A DNA stretch of 64,000 nt from the human T2T-CHM13v2.0 reference genome, Homo sapiens: the NCBI RefSeq assembly GCF_009914755.1, contig NC_060930.1. One strand, given 5' to 3'. Under the pieces are notes generated by a model. The model made no database searches and was not told the origin of the DNA. It saw only the letters and a list, made by a program, of their open reading frames with translations. The first letter of the stretch is position 1; every line of letters begins with the position of its first letter. Shown here piece after piece: positions 14,590 to 27,942 of the stretch. Made by a program: the position numbers and the translations under genes.

Positions 14590-15295
14590 CCTTAAACATG
14601 ACAAAATGCTCATTCTCATTCAAAGTAAAAGAGAAAAAGTAAAACACTGAGATAACATTACACATGGATAAAACTGGCAATGACTGTTTTTAAAAGTTAA
14701 CATGTTTATTGATCAGGGTTTGGAAAAACTGTCACTCCTATCCACTGTTGCTGGAATATAGCTGGCAGAAGGTCTACAGAGAGCAATTGGCCATATCCAT
14801 CAAAATTACAGATGCGCCCTACCATTAACCCACCAAGTTTCATTTTTAGGAATTGATTCTTTTGATGTACTCATACTCATGCAAAATGTATTTGAGCAAA
14901 GATATTAATTGAAGCACTTCTGGTAATACAAAAAAGCCCTAATGTGTACCAGCAGAAGGCTCTTAAATCTATATCTTTAACTTATAAATATGTACAATAA
15001 AATACTTAGCATTTAAGAATGGTAAGGCAGATAAATATGTGAAAGTTCATATGGTATAAGTTTAATTATAAAACCATGTTCAGAATAATGTGCAAAATAT
15101 AATTCTATTTGCTCATGTATGTTTATCAGTGCATAGAATAACCCTAAAGGGATACATAAGAAACCAACAAAAGTGGCTAATATAGGGATAAAAATAGGAA
15201 AACTTGTTAATTTATAACATGTGCAGATGTTATCCAGACCAAAGAAAGATAATTAAATAATTCAAGAAAGAAAAAAATCTAGAAAAAGAATGAAA
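14590..15295 (+). mobile_element. Ancient L1ME-like 3' fragment
   Basis: aaacatgacaaaatgctcattctca...cactcctatccactgttgctggaatata...gagagcaattggccatatccatcaaaatt...ttttaggaatt. Confidence 0.7.
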
Positions 15296-16529
15296 AAACA
15301 TAAAACAATTTCCTGTGTACAGTCAATTCAACACCACGAGTAAAGCACTTACCATATAAAAGGCCGTAGTAGGCCTTTATTAGTAATTATTTTCCCCATC
15401 TTTATAAGATTTTAGAGTTTGAAAGCATTTTCCCCAAATCGATGCCAAAACTTGGACCCATGCTGGCTCCTTGTTAGCTATGGGAAAGTCATTGTATCTT
15501 TTTAAACTTTTATATCTTTCTCTTTGTACAGTGACTTAAGACTTCTATCTTCTTTGCAAATCAAATGTAATGCTGAAAGATAAACCACAGAATTGCACTT
15601 CTTTTTTTTTTTTTTAGCAAACATGTTTCATAATCTTAAAAATTGTTTCTTTATTTGGGAACCTTAGAAACAGAGTAGAATATCTTAATGTCAATCATCT
15701 TAATTCAAAGAACTAATTTTGTAAATCATTTCTTTCTCTTGTATTTTCTCTGATTTAAGTCAATATACAATATTTTAGCTACTTCTCTTCTTATTTGAGT
15801 TTTTGTTGACAAGCTGCACAAACAGCATTTATTTAGCTGTTAATGCAGTGAGTTATTTAACTTTGACCTTTACTGATCAAATCCATGTAACTAATGGGTG
15901 TGCAGCAGCCACTCCCTGGGTTACCCTGGGCACACTGTCCTCTTATGCTACCAATGTATTTTGCTTTCAGATTCCCACAAAACCAGTTTCTTACTCACAC
16001 TGTATTAGTTTTGCTGAGGCTAGGAGCTGCTGTCAGCTCTGATTAGATTCTATTTCTCACTACAAGCATATTGTGGAATGTGCTTCCATAATAAAATTTA
16101 GTCTGAAATAGACTGTGTGCTAAAGGTCAAACTATCACAGCCTTTGGCTTCCCTCTAGATTCTAAATTAATGTTCCAGTTCATGAATCTTCTCTTCTATA
16201 TTTGTTGGCAGGGTGGCATAACCTTAGTGGAAAAAAGTTCTCATAATCCACCAATCTGGCTCCATTGTCTTTTGGTGGTGTTACTTGGAATAGGTTAGAT
16301 TCTGGGAATCTGAAATGCTTGCTACTCTAAAATTAAGTAATCAAGGTCTCTGTATCTCCTTGTCAGCGCTTCCTCTGAGACTTGTCTCTTTATTGGATAT
16401 GCTATTTCCCTTCCCCTTCGTACACTTCCATAACACTAGTACCACAAGAGAATGGGGAAGCTCTTTACAGCATTGATTTACAAGAGATAATCAAGACCCC
16501 ATTGAGTTTCCCAAGATTTTAGAATTGAC

Positions 16530-16920
16530 TCTCAATTAATAGGCCTTTATAAAGTACCTATTCTTTAGCTTCAAAGAGTATGTAATGTAGTTGAGGAGAT
16601 GAGAAATACACATGTGCATAGATAATAGAAAGCAGTAAAGAGTGATGCTAAATAAATGATACATGAATTAAAATGCCATGTGAGAGCATAATCAGATAGC
16701 ATTCACCTCCCCCTGAGATAAGGATGAAAGGCTTCTTGGACAGTTTCAATTGTGTTTTAAGGGTAGATAGGATTGGGGCAATTAAAGTGAGGGAAGAAAC
16801 CCTACCAATGGTGGAAAAGGCATACACCGGAGAATAAAAGCAGTAGCAAGATACAAAGATGGGTTTGGGGTGCAGTGAGTACCTGCATTGGCTGGAATGG
16901 AGGTGTTTGGGATATGTAGG
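16530..16920 (-). mobile_element. L2 fragment
   Basis: Purine-rich antisense L2 phrases (aaggcttcttgga, ggtagataggatt, gctggaatggagg). Confidence 0.5.
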
Positions 16921-17181
16921 TCATAGGGCTGCCATACTTAGAGACCTCTCCGTGCTGAGACTATCTAGCCCACAGCCTCTGCTAAAGAATCCCCAGCCCA
17001 GCGTTTTTTTGGTGGGGGCAGGGAGTGGGGTGTGGACAGGGAGATAAAGGATCCAAAAGGAACCCAAACTAATTATGACTAAGGTTATGCTGTCCAGGCA
17101 TGACAGTCTCCACTCAGAAGAGGTGAGAGCACTTAGACAAATTATTTATACCAACTACCTTTGGAATTTGAGGACTGGTCA

Positions 17182-17788
17182 TGTGGCAGGCCAGGTCTCA
17201 CTAATACAGGCCTCCATAACAACTCTCTCAGCACTGACTGAGGGGGTAAGTCAAATATTAAAAGTGGAAAGAGCCAGCACCCTTCTACAAAGGCTGGAAT
17301 GTAACAGAAGTCCACCAAGAGTTTTGCCTAGGCCTTTCCTGGGCATGACAAGATAACGAAGCAATTCTTAAGAGGACCGATTTAGGACAAACAAGTTTAT
17401 TGGGGCTCTGAAGAAACTCCCCAAACCTCCATGATTTAGCCCAAGACAAGATGAGGGTAACCATCTCAGCACTCAGACCCATTTAGATTAAGTAATCTGA
17501 CTGAGACTCTAGAGGAAGGTCTTCAGGACTCAGATTTTAGTTACAGGTTAGAAGAAGTTAGTCACTTATGTCTATAGATGAATGCACACTTACACGTAGA
17601 CATAAAGCTTAGAAGGTAAGCTTTAGATATTGGAAAACTCTGTAATTTTGTGTTGGACTGGTGATATTTTCCAGGCCTTCTCCCTGTACCCGGTTGTAGA
17701 AATAAACTCCCTTCTTCCCCAGTTCATCTGCATCTTGTTATTGGGCTATGAGAATAAGCAGCCTGGCCCTTGGTTTAGTCTGGGAACA
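17182..17788 (+). mobile_element. ERV1-class solo LTR (LTR48-like; subfamily uncertain)
   Basis: TG...CA ends (tgtggcaggccaggtctcactaa ... gtctgggaaca), aataaa near 17701, 4-bp TSD gtca/gcca. Confidence 0.8.
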
Positions 17789-20624
17789 GCCATGTGACAG
17801 CAAAGGGAAGCAGAGACATGACAGAAGGCCAAACAGGACATGATCCCTTATCCAGCCCCATTACACCTTGAGTCTTTCTTACTTGCATCCACAAGAAGCC
17901 AGGGGTCCCAGGGGTTCACGTATGAGATGGGGAGGTTAAAGCTTTGGGGACACAGCCCTTGACATCCTTTCTTTCCAAAGATTCCATATAAGCACAGTGA
18001 GTTCTGTACAATACACAGATTGTTCTTCCAGCCCTTGTCCTTACAAATTTATGTAACAGTCATTTTCATGATTAATATATGATCTGATGGCAAAAGAGTT
18101 CTGTTCAAGTATCCTGCTCATTTGAGTATTAAAAAAAAAAAGAGGACTAGAATTGTTTTTTTCTAAGACACTGAGCAGCAGAGAGGGTAAACTATGGTTA
18201 GGTAAACTTTGTGTGGAAAGTGGGAGCCCCATGGAAAGACAGCAGTTCCAGGCAGGTACAGCAACCCTGTTCTCCTTCTTCATATAAAATGCATTTGACT
18301 GTGCCACACAGCACATTTGGGTTGAGGGAGAATGTTGCAGGGAATGCAATTTTTTCTTTGTAAGAAAAGGTCAAGAGCTAGCAATGCAGAGATTACATCA
18401 ACGATAAATTTTTGGATTCACTTGTTATTTGAAATTCTCTAAAATAAAACAACAACAAAGAAACAACAGCAATACCTAAAATACATGCCTCAGCAAGCTG
18501 ACAAGCACCGCCACCACTGTGGCACCAACTCCCTTCCAACCCACAATGACAGGCCACAAACAGGCACCCAGAGTCCCGGCAGCTCAGAGATGGAGAGATC
18601 ATGTTTCCACAACAAGTCTGGAAAGAAGGAGAAAAACTGGAGGGTAGACATCAGTGATCAGCTGTTTTCCAAAGGTGACTGAGAGTGACAAGCGCTTAAA
18701 AGAACACTAGTTTTTAATGCTAATCTGATTTCCAGTCTCACCTAACACCTCAGGCTATAGTAGAACTATCTTTCTTTCCAAGTAGCGTTTCCTCTCTCAC
18801 ATTCTTTCCCCAGCGGGAATCTTCTCTGATTTTAGATCATTTTAGCCTTCTTTGGTTCCCACATGTTGAACACCTAGCAAAGCCTTCCTTCTCAGGCCCA
18901 CGACCCAGCGGGGTGCTCCCCAAACAGCCATTGTCTTTGTCTTAATATCACAACCAAAGCAAGGTCTTTATTTCCCTGAATCTGATCTATCTTAAAAGCC
19001 TCCTTCCGCTTCTGGTTTCAATTGCTCACAATCTATTCAAAACACTTGAAAGCATCACTTTGTCATGATATTTCCTTTCTTAGGATCCTACAGTTACTCT
19101 TTATTGCTTCCTAAATCCAAATAAAATCTAAGACCATGGACTTTATTGCTTTCCAGCTACTGCATTTCCTATCCTCCCACGTTTGTTTGGACCCAACTGC
19201 CATATCTCCTATTAATTTACCATTCTGATGCAATCAGGAAGTTTTGTTATCCTTTCTCTCTTATCACACATACTACATTTTCCATCTGAACACATGTGCC
19301 CTGATCCTTGCCTGTATCAATTAAAATCTTCAGCATGATGGTTTTCACTCAAGATTTACCTACACTGAGTTTTTCCAAACAGTAAATCATTTTTCTTCCT
19401 TCTCAAACCCTTAGAACTCCATAGTTATAAACATAGAGGATGAGAAGGAGGAAGATGATAACTTGGATGAATACAATAATACGAACAGCTTACATTTGGG
19501 CAGAAATTTACAATTTGTATGGCAATTTTATATGCACATGCACACACACACACTACCTTATATTATTTTTATCATTGACGTAGAAGAAACTATGCCCTAA
19601 ACTCTTTTCTTCCCCACATCTTTCTATATGCCACATAATGCTTTGTACACGTGGAATGAAAGATTGATTGATAAACTCAGTTTTTGATACATGATTTTAG
19701 AAAATAATTTCCCAATGAATGCTTCTATTTTCTTGCCTTACAAGTTGTGAAGATAACTAATTTACTACTCACTGACCTCTACCGGGAGAGCTTTGAGGAT
19801 TAATGATAAAATTATAAAAAGCCTCATTTTACAAGGTCACAAAGAGAAGAAGTGGAATTTAGGAGAATCATGGCCCCCAGAGACAGCCAAAGGAAGCACG
19901 TTCCTTCATCTCTTCTCTATTTCCATTTCACCTTTAAAGATGTGAAGTAGGCACAGCAAGAGAAAAAATATCCCAGAACCCTGAAGTGTTTATCCTAAAA
20001 ATCAAGATAGGCACTGGCCACCAGTGAAACTGACCAGCTGCTTTGGCAGAAATATCTTTCCATGGTATATTATCAGCTGTGCCCAAAATTCAGACCCCTG
20101 GGTCAACTTCCAAATAAATGCTCATCATTTCCACAGGCATTAAAACCTATTACCTTGGGGGCAAATGTTCTAAGAAAAGAAAATCATGGTTTTTCATTAC
20201 TAAATCAGCACTCTGAAATAAATGTCTGTTCTATAACCATATTTATTAAGAAATTAATATTCTGGGCATCGTTTTCTCCAAGCTACTAATTTCTTCCTCT
20301 TAATTCTACAAAATATCTAATATGTCACACTATGGGATGCCCCTTGGAGAACAGGACAACCTCGCAGAGCTGCCAGTTATTGCCTTTCCTGGCATTTCTA
20401 CAACACTCTGCCCTTTTGGTGCTTTCTGTTTTTTCAGAGTCTACTTTTTTTGAGGGCAATATAACTATACCCAAGATATATTTAAATAACCATTAATGAG
20501 TGCTTATCATGATAGAGGAAAAGTGAAAAAGTCTAGCACAGGAAAAAGGAAGGAAGAGGAAGAGGTAATCAACATGCAACTAGCACAGACTAGCATAACC
20601 TGATATGATGCTAGGTATTTTACT

Positions 20625-21035
20625 TATAATTTGAAATAATAATGCAATAAAAATTTACATACTCTTCACCTATATTCACTGATTATTACTATGCTGCTTC
20701 TTGGCTTTCTCTCTATATAGAAATAGACAATACATTTTAAAGTTGTAAACATCATGATATATCACCTATAAATACTTAAGTATCTATCTCTTAGAAACAA
20801 GGATGCTCTTCCACAAAAATCTATGTACCATCATCAGTCTCATTATTGATGTTAAGTTTGATTACTCAGATAAGGTAGTATCTGCCTACTCTCTCAATTG
20901 GAAGAGTGTATTTTCTCTTATAATTTGAAAGTAATATGGGGAGTTTTACTTTGAGATTATTCCTTTCTTCAACAATATTTTACCTAACTATTTTTACACC
21001 CATTGGTGACCCTGAATCAATTGTTACATTGGCAG
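20625..21035 (-). mobile_element. L1MC4-like 3' fragment
   Basis: catactcttcacctatattcact...gttgtaaacatcatgata...aaatacttaagtatctatctcttagaaacaaggatgctctt. Confidence 0.65.
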
Positions 21036-21163
21036 TTACTGATAAGGAAACTTAGGCTCCAATTTGTACCTTCCCCATATTAATTAGCTAGAGCATGGCT
21101 GAGTCTGGCTTCAAACCTGGTCAGAGTCTCAGACTGATCATCAGCTGCCATTTGGGGTCATAC

Positions 21164-21492
21164 TGAGACAGTCAGGTGGGAAGGGCTCCCTGGCAGAGCC
21201 TCCAACTGACCTGTGCACTGGGAGGGTTGCACACTGGGGTGGAGCCACAGAAGTTCCTGCCTATTGCAGTGGGGAGGAGCCTGGGCCCTCCTCTTCCTGG
21301 GTGGAACTTGGAATTCAAGCTGCAAGGCAGGAAGTCTATACTAGCAGGATTCTCACTCTGTGGAGAGTCCTTATTTCCCTCTTTTTCTCCTTTTCGCCAA
21401 TAAATTCCATTATTCTCACCCTTCAAATTGTCTGTGAGCCTAATTTTTTGTGGCCGTGAGCAAGGACCTCGTCTTTAGCTGAACTAAGGAGA
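21164..21492 (+). mobile_element. MER61-like ERV1 LTR, 3' tip apparently missing
   Basis: Starts tgagacagtcaggtgggaagggctccc; ggggtggagccacagaagttc; ccaataaa; ends tttagctgaactaaggaga without a terminal CA. Confidence 0.8.
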
Positions 21493-24029
21493 GATGAGGG
21501 GCAATACTGCCCTGTTAAGCTCATGGTAAGATGGGCCCTCATTCCTATAACAAACCCAGAGAGCACCCATTGCCTTTCTTAAGATTTCTATAACGTCTCC
21601 AGGATTACATTCTCATAGATCCTCATGGCTCCTCATGGCTCCACCTTCCTGGCCCTGATGAATGAGTGTTTCCTGTTCTGCACTAACCCAGATGCTTAGC
21701 TCAGGGTTTTTCTTTGATTTCTCTATACATAAAAGAGCCTCTATGTGGGCAGTGGACTTCACTGAAGGCTTGTAGAGATGTTAAAGGAAAGAAAAGCCTT
21801 ACGGCTCCTCTTCACCAAAAATTTAGAATTGAGTATTCGCCATTTTTGTTATTAAAAGTCATTTGTCTTGCCCTATGTTTCCAGCGTCACTCATCCCAGC
21901 TCCTCTGTATTCATGCTCTTATGAATAAAAAGATTAACTTCCTCGCATATTTTTATAGAAATAAATTCAACACTCCCCAGCCCTTACACGTAACTCAGCT
22001 GTGCCTTCCTATGTGTCTTCCATACTCAGCCAAAGTTCTAAAATTATACATGGTAAAGGTTTGGTTAGGCCTTTAGTTTCCAATTCCTTCCAAGCCTTCT
22101 GAGGAGGACTAGGGAGGAAATTATTATATAACATCTTAGAGCAGGCCCAGAAAAATCAATGAGTTAGCCTAAGGCCCTACAATAAGTTCAGAGCTAGGCT
22201 TCTCTGCCTTTGAGTTTTCATGGAGGTAAAACATTAACTGGAATTGCTCATCAGGGGTGGTGAGAGGCTGACAGTCTCAGTAAGGTTGATGAAAGTGTTG
22301 GGTTTCAGTTTTACAGTCATTAGTTTAGGACTGTTTATGGAGTTATTCCTTTTTATCGAAAAAGTGACCTTTGCATGTCTAAAGAGAATAAGAGAAAGGG
22401 CAACTTTTCATAGAGATATTTAAGAGTAAATATAGGTATTTGGGAAGCAGTATCAAACTAAATGAATTATTTTCTACCGTTGAAAGAATCAATACAGGTT
22501 CTTGTAAGAAGAGAGGGATAACAAACACTCCCAAATCAGACCAAAACCTGATTTAACATAAGAGAAAATAGTCATTTAAAAAAATAAAAGAATTTGTAAT
22601 AGCTGCCTTGATATTATAAATATTTTTAGAATGGTTTATAAGATTAGTTATTTTTTGAGCAGATTTTTTTCTTTATCACAAAGACTATAATTCAGAAAAA
22701 AATAGCAGAACTTTGGGCAACATCTATGCATGTTTTAAAATTTGTATGTTCATCTAAGGAAATGTTTGTGGGTGTTAAATATTAGATATATTTTATGCAA
22801 GTGATATTGCCAAAATGTTCCCCAAACAGGAGCTGTTCTCCCAACAACCAACTTTCCCAAAGCAGCCACTTACTTCAGCTTTCTCTTTTATACTGCCCAG
22901 TCCTTGGACATCAGACTATGGGACATCCAGTTCATTTCACACACAATCTTTTACTGCTTTGAAATTGAGAACAACAATGCCAATCTCTGTATTCTGTTTC
23001 AAAATGTAAGAAAGTGTGGAAGATTTTCCAATAGGCTACTGTTGTAGGACTTTCTCCTTTGTTCAGCTAAAAATGGGGTCCTTGTCACACTACTCTATCC
23101 CCTTGTCATGGAAGAGCAAACTCCAGAAAAGGAACAAGGTCCCTGGTTTTGTCTGCACAAACCTGAAAGATGCTACACCAAGATGTTCTCATCATTGCTA
23201 CCTGCAGCCTGTTCATACCTCCTGCCCACCTCTCCTCCCTGCTAATTCTCGTATGTCTATTTTCTCCAACACTGACTGCTTTCTGGCTGTGAAAGAGCTC
23301 CCTGCCCTGTGAACGGGCTGGTGCCAGGGTTAATAAAAGTTTCTCTACTGCTGAGCCTCTCTGTTGACACTGTCTCAAGAGAAACAACTCCAGTAATGAC
23401 TGTTCCTCAGAGGAAAAGAAGAGCCAAGGAGAAACAAATGAAATGTAAGGTGTTGTTCTTGTGAGGATCTTCTGTTTTCTGCCAGTATCAAAATGAACGC
23501 TCTCTCCCCTCCATGCCCCTCTTCTTCTCTTCATTGTGAGAATCTCTTGTGGACAGACATATTCCATTTTTGCCTCTCTATTTTTCAGAAATTATGTGGA
23601 CAATAAGGAAATGGCAGAAAAAAGAGTGGTGACAAAGTCCCAGTTGAGCCAGAGGGATGATTGAAAAATTGGAGGAAAGACATAGAGAAATGTGGGTGGT
23701 TTTTCAAAGAGGAATTTCAGAAAAAGAATAGGCAGATGTAGCACAAAGCTGGAGAGATACTGGTTTGCTGTTAGTAACAAAATTCAAATGATTCTAGGAA
23801 ACCTTTGCCAAGCTATTTTTGTTCTTATAAAGGTTATATTTTCTTTACTTTCTTTGTAAAAGGAGAAACTAAAAGAAATTTTGAATATTTTTCCAAAAAA
23901 TCTCAAAGGAATGCATTAGCCTGATGAAAAGATTCACCTTCTTTTATTACATTTAATTATCAAACTGTGATTCCTATGAAATAATGAATAATTGCTTACA
24001 ACTTTGTAATGCTTGTTATGAATGAGGCA

Positions 24030-24150
24030 TTACTTAAGCATTTCACTTGGATCACCCCCGTTTTATAGATGAGGAAACTAAAACTTAAAGAGACAAAACA
24101 ATTTGCCCAAATTTCCAAATTTATATAATAATTAGTGGAACCATGCAAAT
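24030..24150 (-). mobile_element. MIR
   Basis: cccgttttatagatgaggaaactaaa...atttgcccaa. Confidence 0.65.
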
Positions 24151-24298
24151 CTGCACAGCCTACAGGAAAATGCCAAAAGAAATATTTAGGTCCAAAAGGG
24201 ATCAAGAGTTACACAATCTTAACGTTCTATCTAGGTCTCAATCAGATCCTCCAAAATTAATTTCTAGTTAATTTCATCAGTACTACTTTTAGGGGGAC

Positions 24299-24932
24299 TG
24301 TTACCAGAAAGGAATCTTGATCCGGACCCCAAGAGAGGTTTCTTGAGTCTCATGTAAGAAAGAATTCGGGGTGAGTTCATAAAGTGAAAGCAAGTTTATT
24401 AAGAAAGTAAAGGAATAAAAGAATGGCTACACCATAGGCTGAGCAGCCCCAAGGGCTGCTGGTTACCTATTTTTATGGTTATTTCTTGATTATATGCTAA
24501 ACATGGGGCAGATTATTCATAAGTTTTCCAGGAAAGGGGTGGACAATCCCCAGAATTGAGGGTTCCTCCTCTTTTTAGACCATATAGGGTAACTTCCTGA
24601 TGTTGCCATGGCATTTGTAAACTGTCAAGGCGCTGGTGGGAGTGTCTTTTAGCATGCAAATGCATCATAATTAGCATATAATGAGCAGTGCGGACGACCA
24701 GAGGTCAGTTTCACTTTTGTTGCGATTTTGGTTTTAGTGGGTTTTGGCCAGTTTCTTTACCACCACTGTTTTATGAGGAAGGTCTTTGTGACCTGTATTT
24801 TGTGCTGACCTCATATTTCATTCTGTGACTTAGAATGCCTAACTTCCTAGAAATGCAGCCCCGCAGGTCTCAGCCTTATTTTACCCAGCCCCTATTCAAA
24901 ATGGAGTTGCTCTGGTTCGAACACCTCTGACA
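24299..24932 (-). mobile_element. MER41 (MER41B-like) solo LTR, full length
   Basis: Reverse complement starts TGTCAGAGGTGTTCGAACCAGAGCAACTCCATTTTGAATAGGGGCTGGGTAAAATAAGGCTGAGACCT; 634 bp; TG/CA ends; TSD ggac/gaac. Confidence 0.92.
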
Positions 24933-26309
24933 GAACCAAGCAATAATGTCAAAATGATTGACAAAAAAATGGGTAGTGGAGTTTTCCCGGACCTAGGACA
25001 TTAAGAAGCTAGCCAGCAATTCTCCCCAGCAATGAATACATTTGACCAAAAGAAATTCACAAAGGTCAGGGAAAGAATGACTAAAAGTTGTTTGCCTGGG
25101 ATAGAGAGCATTGCAAACCTGCCTGATTGCGCAAATGCTCACTTTGAGAAGGTCCCATTATAACTGCTGCAGAAAGAGAACACAGAACTCTAAGAAAAGC
25201 AAAGCTGCCTCCTTCTCCCTAGAGAGAAGGACCTGAGGCACTCCTCGGTGCTACTGCAGGTAGCAAAGAGTCTGGCATTGTAATTGCAGTATTAAAGTGG
25301 GAATGCACATGGGTTCTTAATTGCTTGGAAATCTCTGCTTCATTTAAGCCTTGCAGAGTAAGTGACTTGCAGGGTAAGTGACGACACTTTCCAATCAAAC
25401 TGGCAAATATTTTATCTTTCTGTGGCTTACAGTCAACAGAAAGTTGTCATTGTGTCTTCGATATTTCAGCTGCATCAGTGTTCAGAAATGGGACCTAGGA
25501 GAATCAAGGCCCTTCACTTGTGCATTAATTCCTCTGCCTGCCCAATAGCAGAAATAACACTGCACTCTCTAGTGCCTACTGCATAAATTAGCTAATGTCT
25601 ATAAAGAATAATGAAGATTAAAATGGTGCATGTAGAATTGTCATGAAGAATGAACACACTAGCCATGCAGTACTTCCTTACTCCAAGCATATGTATTAAA
25701 GCTTATGACTATGAAACCTGTGACATTTTACTTCATGAAAGGTAGTAAAATGGTAGCCCGTTTGGAAAATGGTCTACTAGCCTTAAATAGGATTTTAAGA
25801 TAATTTTAATATTTTAAACTCTGAACTATTTATTTAGGCTTCCTTTTTACATAGTCACTCATGGCCTGCCAGGATCATTCTGAGTGTTCTACAAAAGGGT
25901 TTCAAACAAAATCAGATTTTTTTTTCAATCCAGCTAGTAATGGCCCTTTCTTCTTGAATCAGATTTCAAAAAAATGGGAATATTAAAAAATAAACTTTAA
26001 AATCTGATTTATGGAGCTCTAACCACTCATCAGACCTCTTAAGTCCTCCCGCAGCTGTCATTTACCCCAGCCACCAGTGTGGCCCACCTGGTGTGCTTCT
26101 CTCAGCTCAGCCTCCCAGTCAGCTGGCCCCCACTTCACCACCCTAACGCACCCCAATGCAAATATCTGTATCCATGATGAATCATTGAAATTTTGCTTTC
26201 TGAATTATGTGACCCATCAACTAATCTATGTGACTGGATTCTAGAATTCCTACACCTAGGTCACACCATCACATTTTTACCATGGACCTCCTAACAGCAT
26301 TATGTCTGT

Positions 26310-26432
26310 GGACATAACAGATTTTAGGCACTGTAACTGTCTCCTGGTCTCTCCCGACTGTGGCCCCCTCGGACATAACAGATTTTAGACACTGTAACTG
26401 TCTTCCTAGTCTCTCCAGACTGTGGCTCCCTC
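26310..26432. repeat. Two-copy tandem duplication of 61/62 bp
   Basis: ggacataacagattttag[g/a]cactgtaactgtc...gactgtggc[c/t]ccctc at 26310-26370 and 26371-26432. Confidence 0.95.
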
Positions 26433-27118
26433 AGCTCTCGTCACCCCAGAGCCTACTTTATGTTCATCTCCAAACCCTCCCTCTGGGCTTCTTCAGTCCC
26501 TTATTTATTGTGGAAACTGTAACTCTGCCGTGATGGTCCCTTGGCACTGTCACTGGATGAGCTTCTTCACGTTGAGGCTGCTAGTTGGGAATTTTATCAT
26601 TCTGAGAGACAGTCACAAAGGAGAAAGCGAGTGAGAAAGAGAAGCTCCAGTGACTCACTTCTGAACAAAATCCTGAAATAAGCAAGCTTTCCAAATGTGC
26701 ATAAAATTTCTGCTGCATCTGTATGACCAGCACGCAGCAGTGAGTTGTATGTTCTGCTTATCTCCGGTACAATGCAGCGTATTAAAATTGCCTCTAGAGA
26801 TTCCTTCCCCCATCCAATAATATTCACAATGCCAGTGCAGTGTGGCAGGGCAGGAGTCCTTGTGGAGGTGGACATAGAAGGTCTATGGAGAACAAACTGG
26901 AGGATCTACCCCTTGGACACCACTGCTGGGCATTTGCAAATGCAGGGCTAAATTGGGGGCAATGGAGGGGAGGGCGAGGAAAACAAAGCTTGACTGTTAC
27001 TTACATTTCATTCATGGAGGAGCAAAAAACTTTCCCAAAGAAAATCTCTAGATGGAAAGGATAATCTGGGAAAGATGCTCCTTCCTCCTTAATGGTAAAT
27101 GACTCTTCTTAAAGAAGA

Positions 27119-27340
27119 AATTCTTAACCTCAACTCCATGGGGCCTCTGAGGGTTCATGGACAGAGTCCAAGGGGGATAATTCTGCAATTGGAAGCAGAA
27201 TCACATCGAGTGTGTATGTGTGGGTGTATATGTGCATGTGCACACACATATGTGTATTAGATGAAGAGAATATTTCAGAAATAAGATTCTTAAATGTTAT
27301 CAGAGTCTCAAAGTATAGTTTATAACCTCAATACATCTAT
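27119..27340. mobile_element. Probable hAT-Charlie MITE relic
   Basis: ttcttaacct...tccatggggcctctgagggttcatgga...tatcagagtctcaaag. Confidence 0.4.
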
Positions 27341-27379
27341 AAACTTGAATAAAAATTATAATCTTAAAGAGGCCCAAGG

Positions 27380-27668
27380 GAGACATTCTGAATTACTATA
27401 TGGAGGTAGTTTACTTGGGTATTGTCTTACAGAGCTATGGTAAATGACGGCCAGGGTAAATGAAATAGACCGTTTATTTTTTCTTTCTTGCTATTATTTA
27501 TGCCCCCCTTTCTTATCCACAAACCCAGTGAAAGTGGGGTACCACGTGGAAAGCAAGGAGCTGGGATCCCAGGAAGTCATGTCAACCTTTGAGCCTCTTT
27601 CTTCAACTCTACAAAAGGATTAGGCCTGATGATACTTCAGGTGACCTTTCAACTCTAAATGTCTGTGG
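27380..27668 (+). mobile_element. L3/MIR3-like 3' end
   Basis: Ends gatgatacttcaggtgacctttcaactctaaatgtctgtg. Confidence 0.4.
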
Positions 27669-27942
27669 CAGGGTCTTTTTCCATACTATGACATAAATGT
27701 TTGTCCTCAAATACACATTCAATACAAAGAAAAATTTTAAATAACAAAAAACAAAAGAAAAAAACAACAACCAATTTTTTGCATTCTTCTGAAACCTCTT
27801 CAAAAATTAAGACCTTTGATGTCCAAAAACACTTCAGCATAACTACAGAATTTTGGCACTAATTGCTTATGATTTAGTAACAGTCCTTGAAGAGAGACTT
27901 GAAGTTTTTAGAATTGCCTATTTCTTGATAACTAAATACTAG

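Noticed and set aside
21200-21240. p53 response element in the MER61-like LTR
   Set aside because: No RRRCWWGYYY half-sites are present in this copy.
23106-23567. Longest ORF, 153 aa on -
   Set aside because: No recognisable domain or exon structure; the length is plausible by chance in six frames of 64 kb.
25909-26010. 12-bp inverted repeat aaatcagatttt / aaaatctgattt
   Set aside because: AT-rich and short, with no TSD or transposon-end signature.
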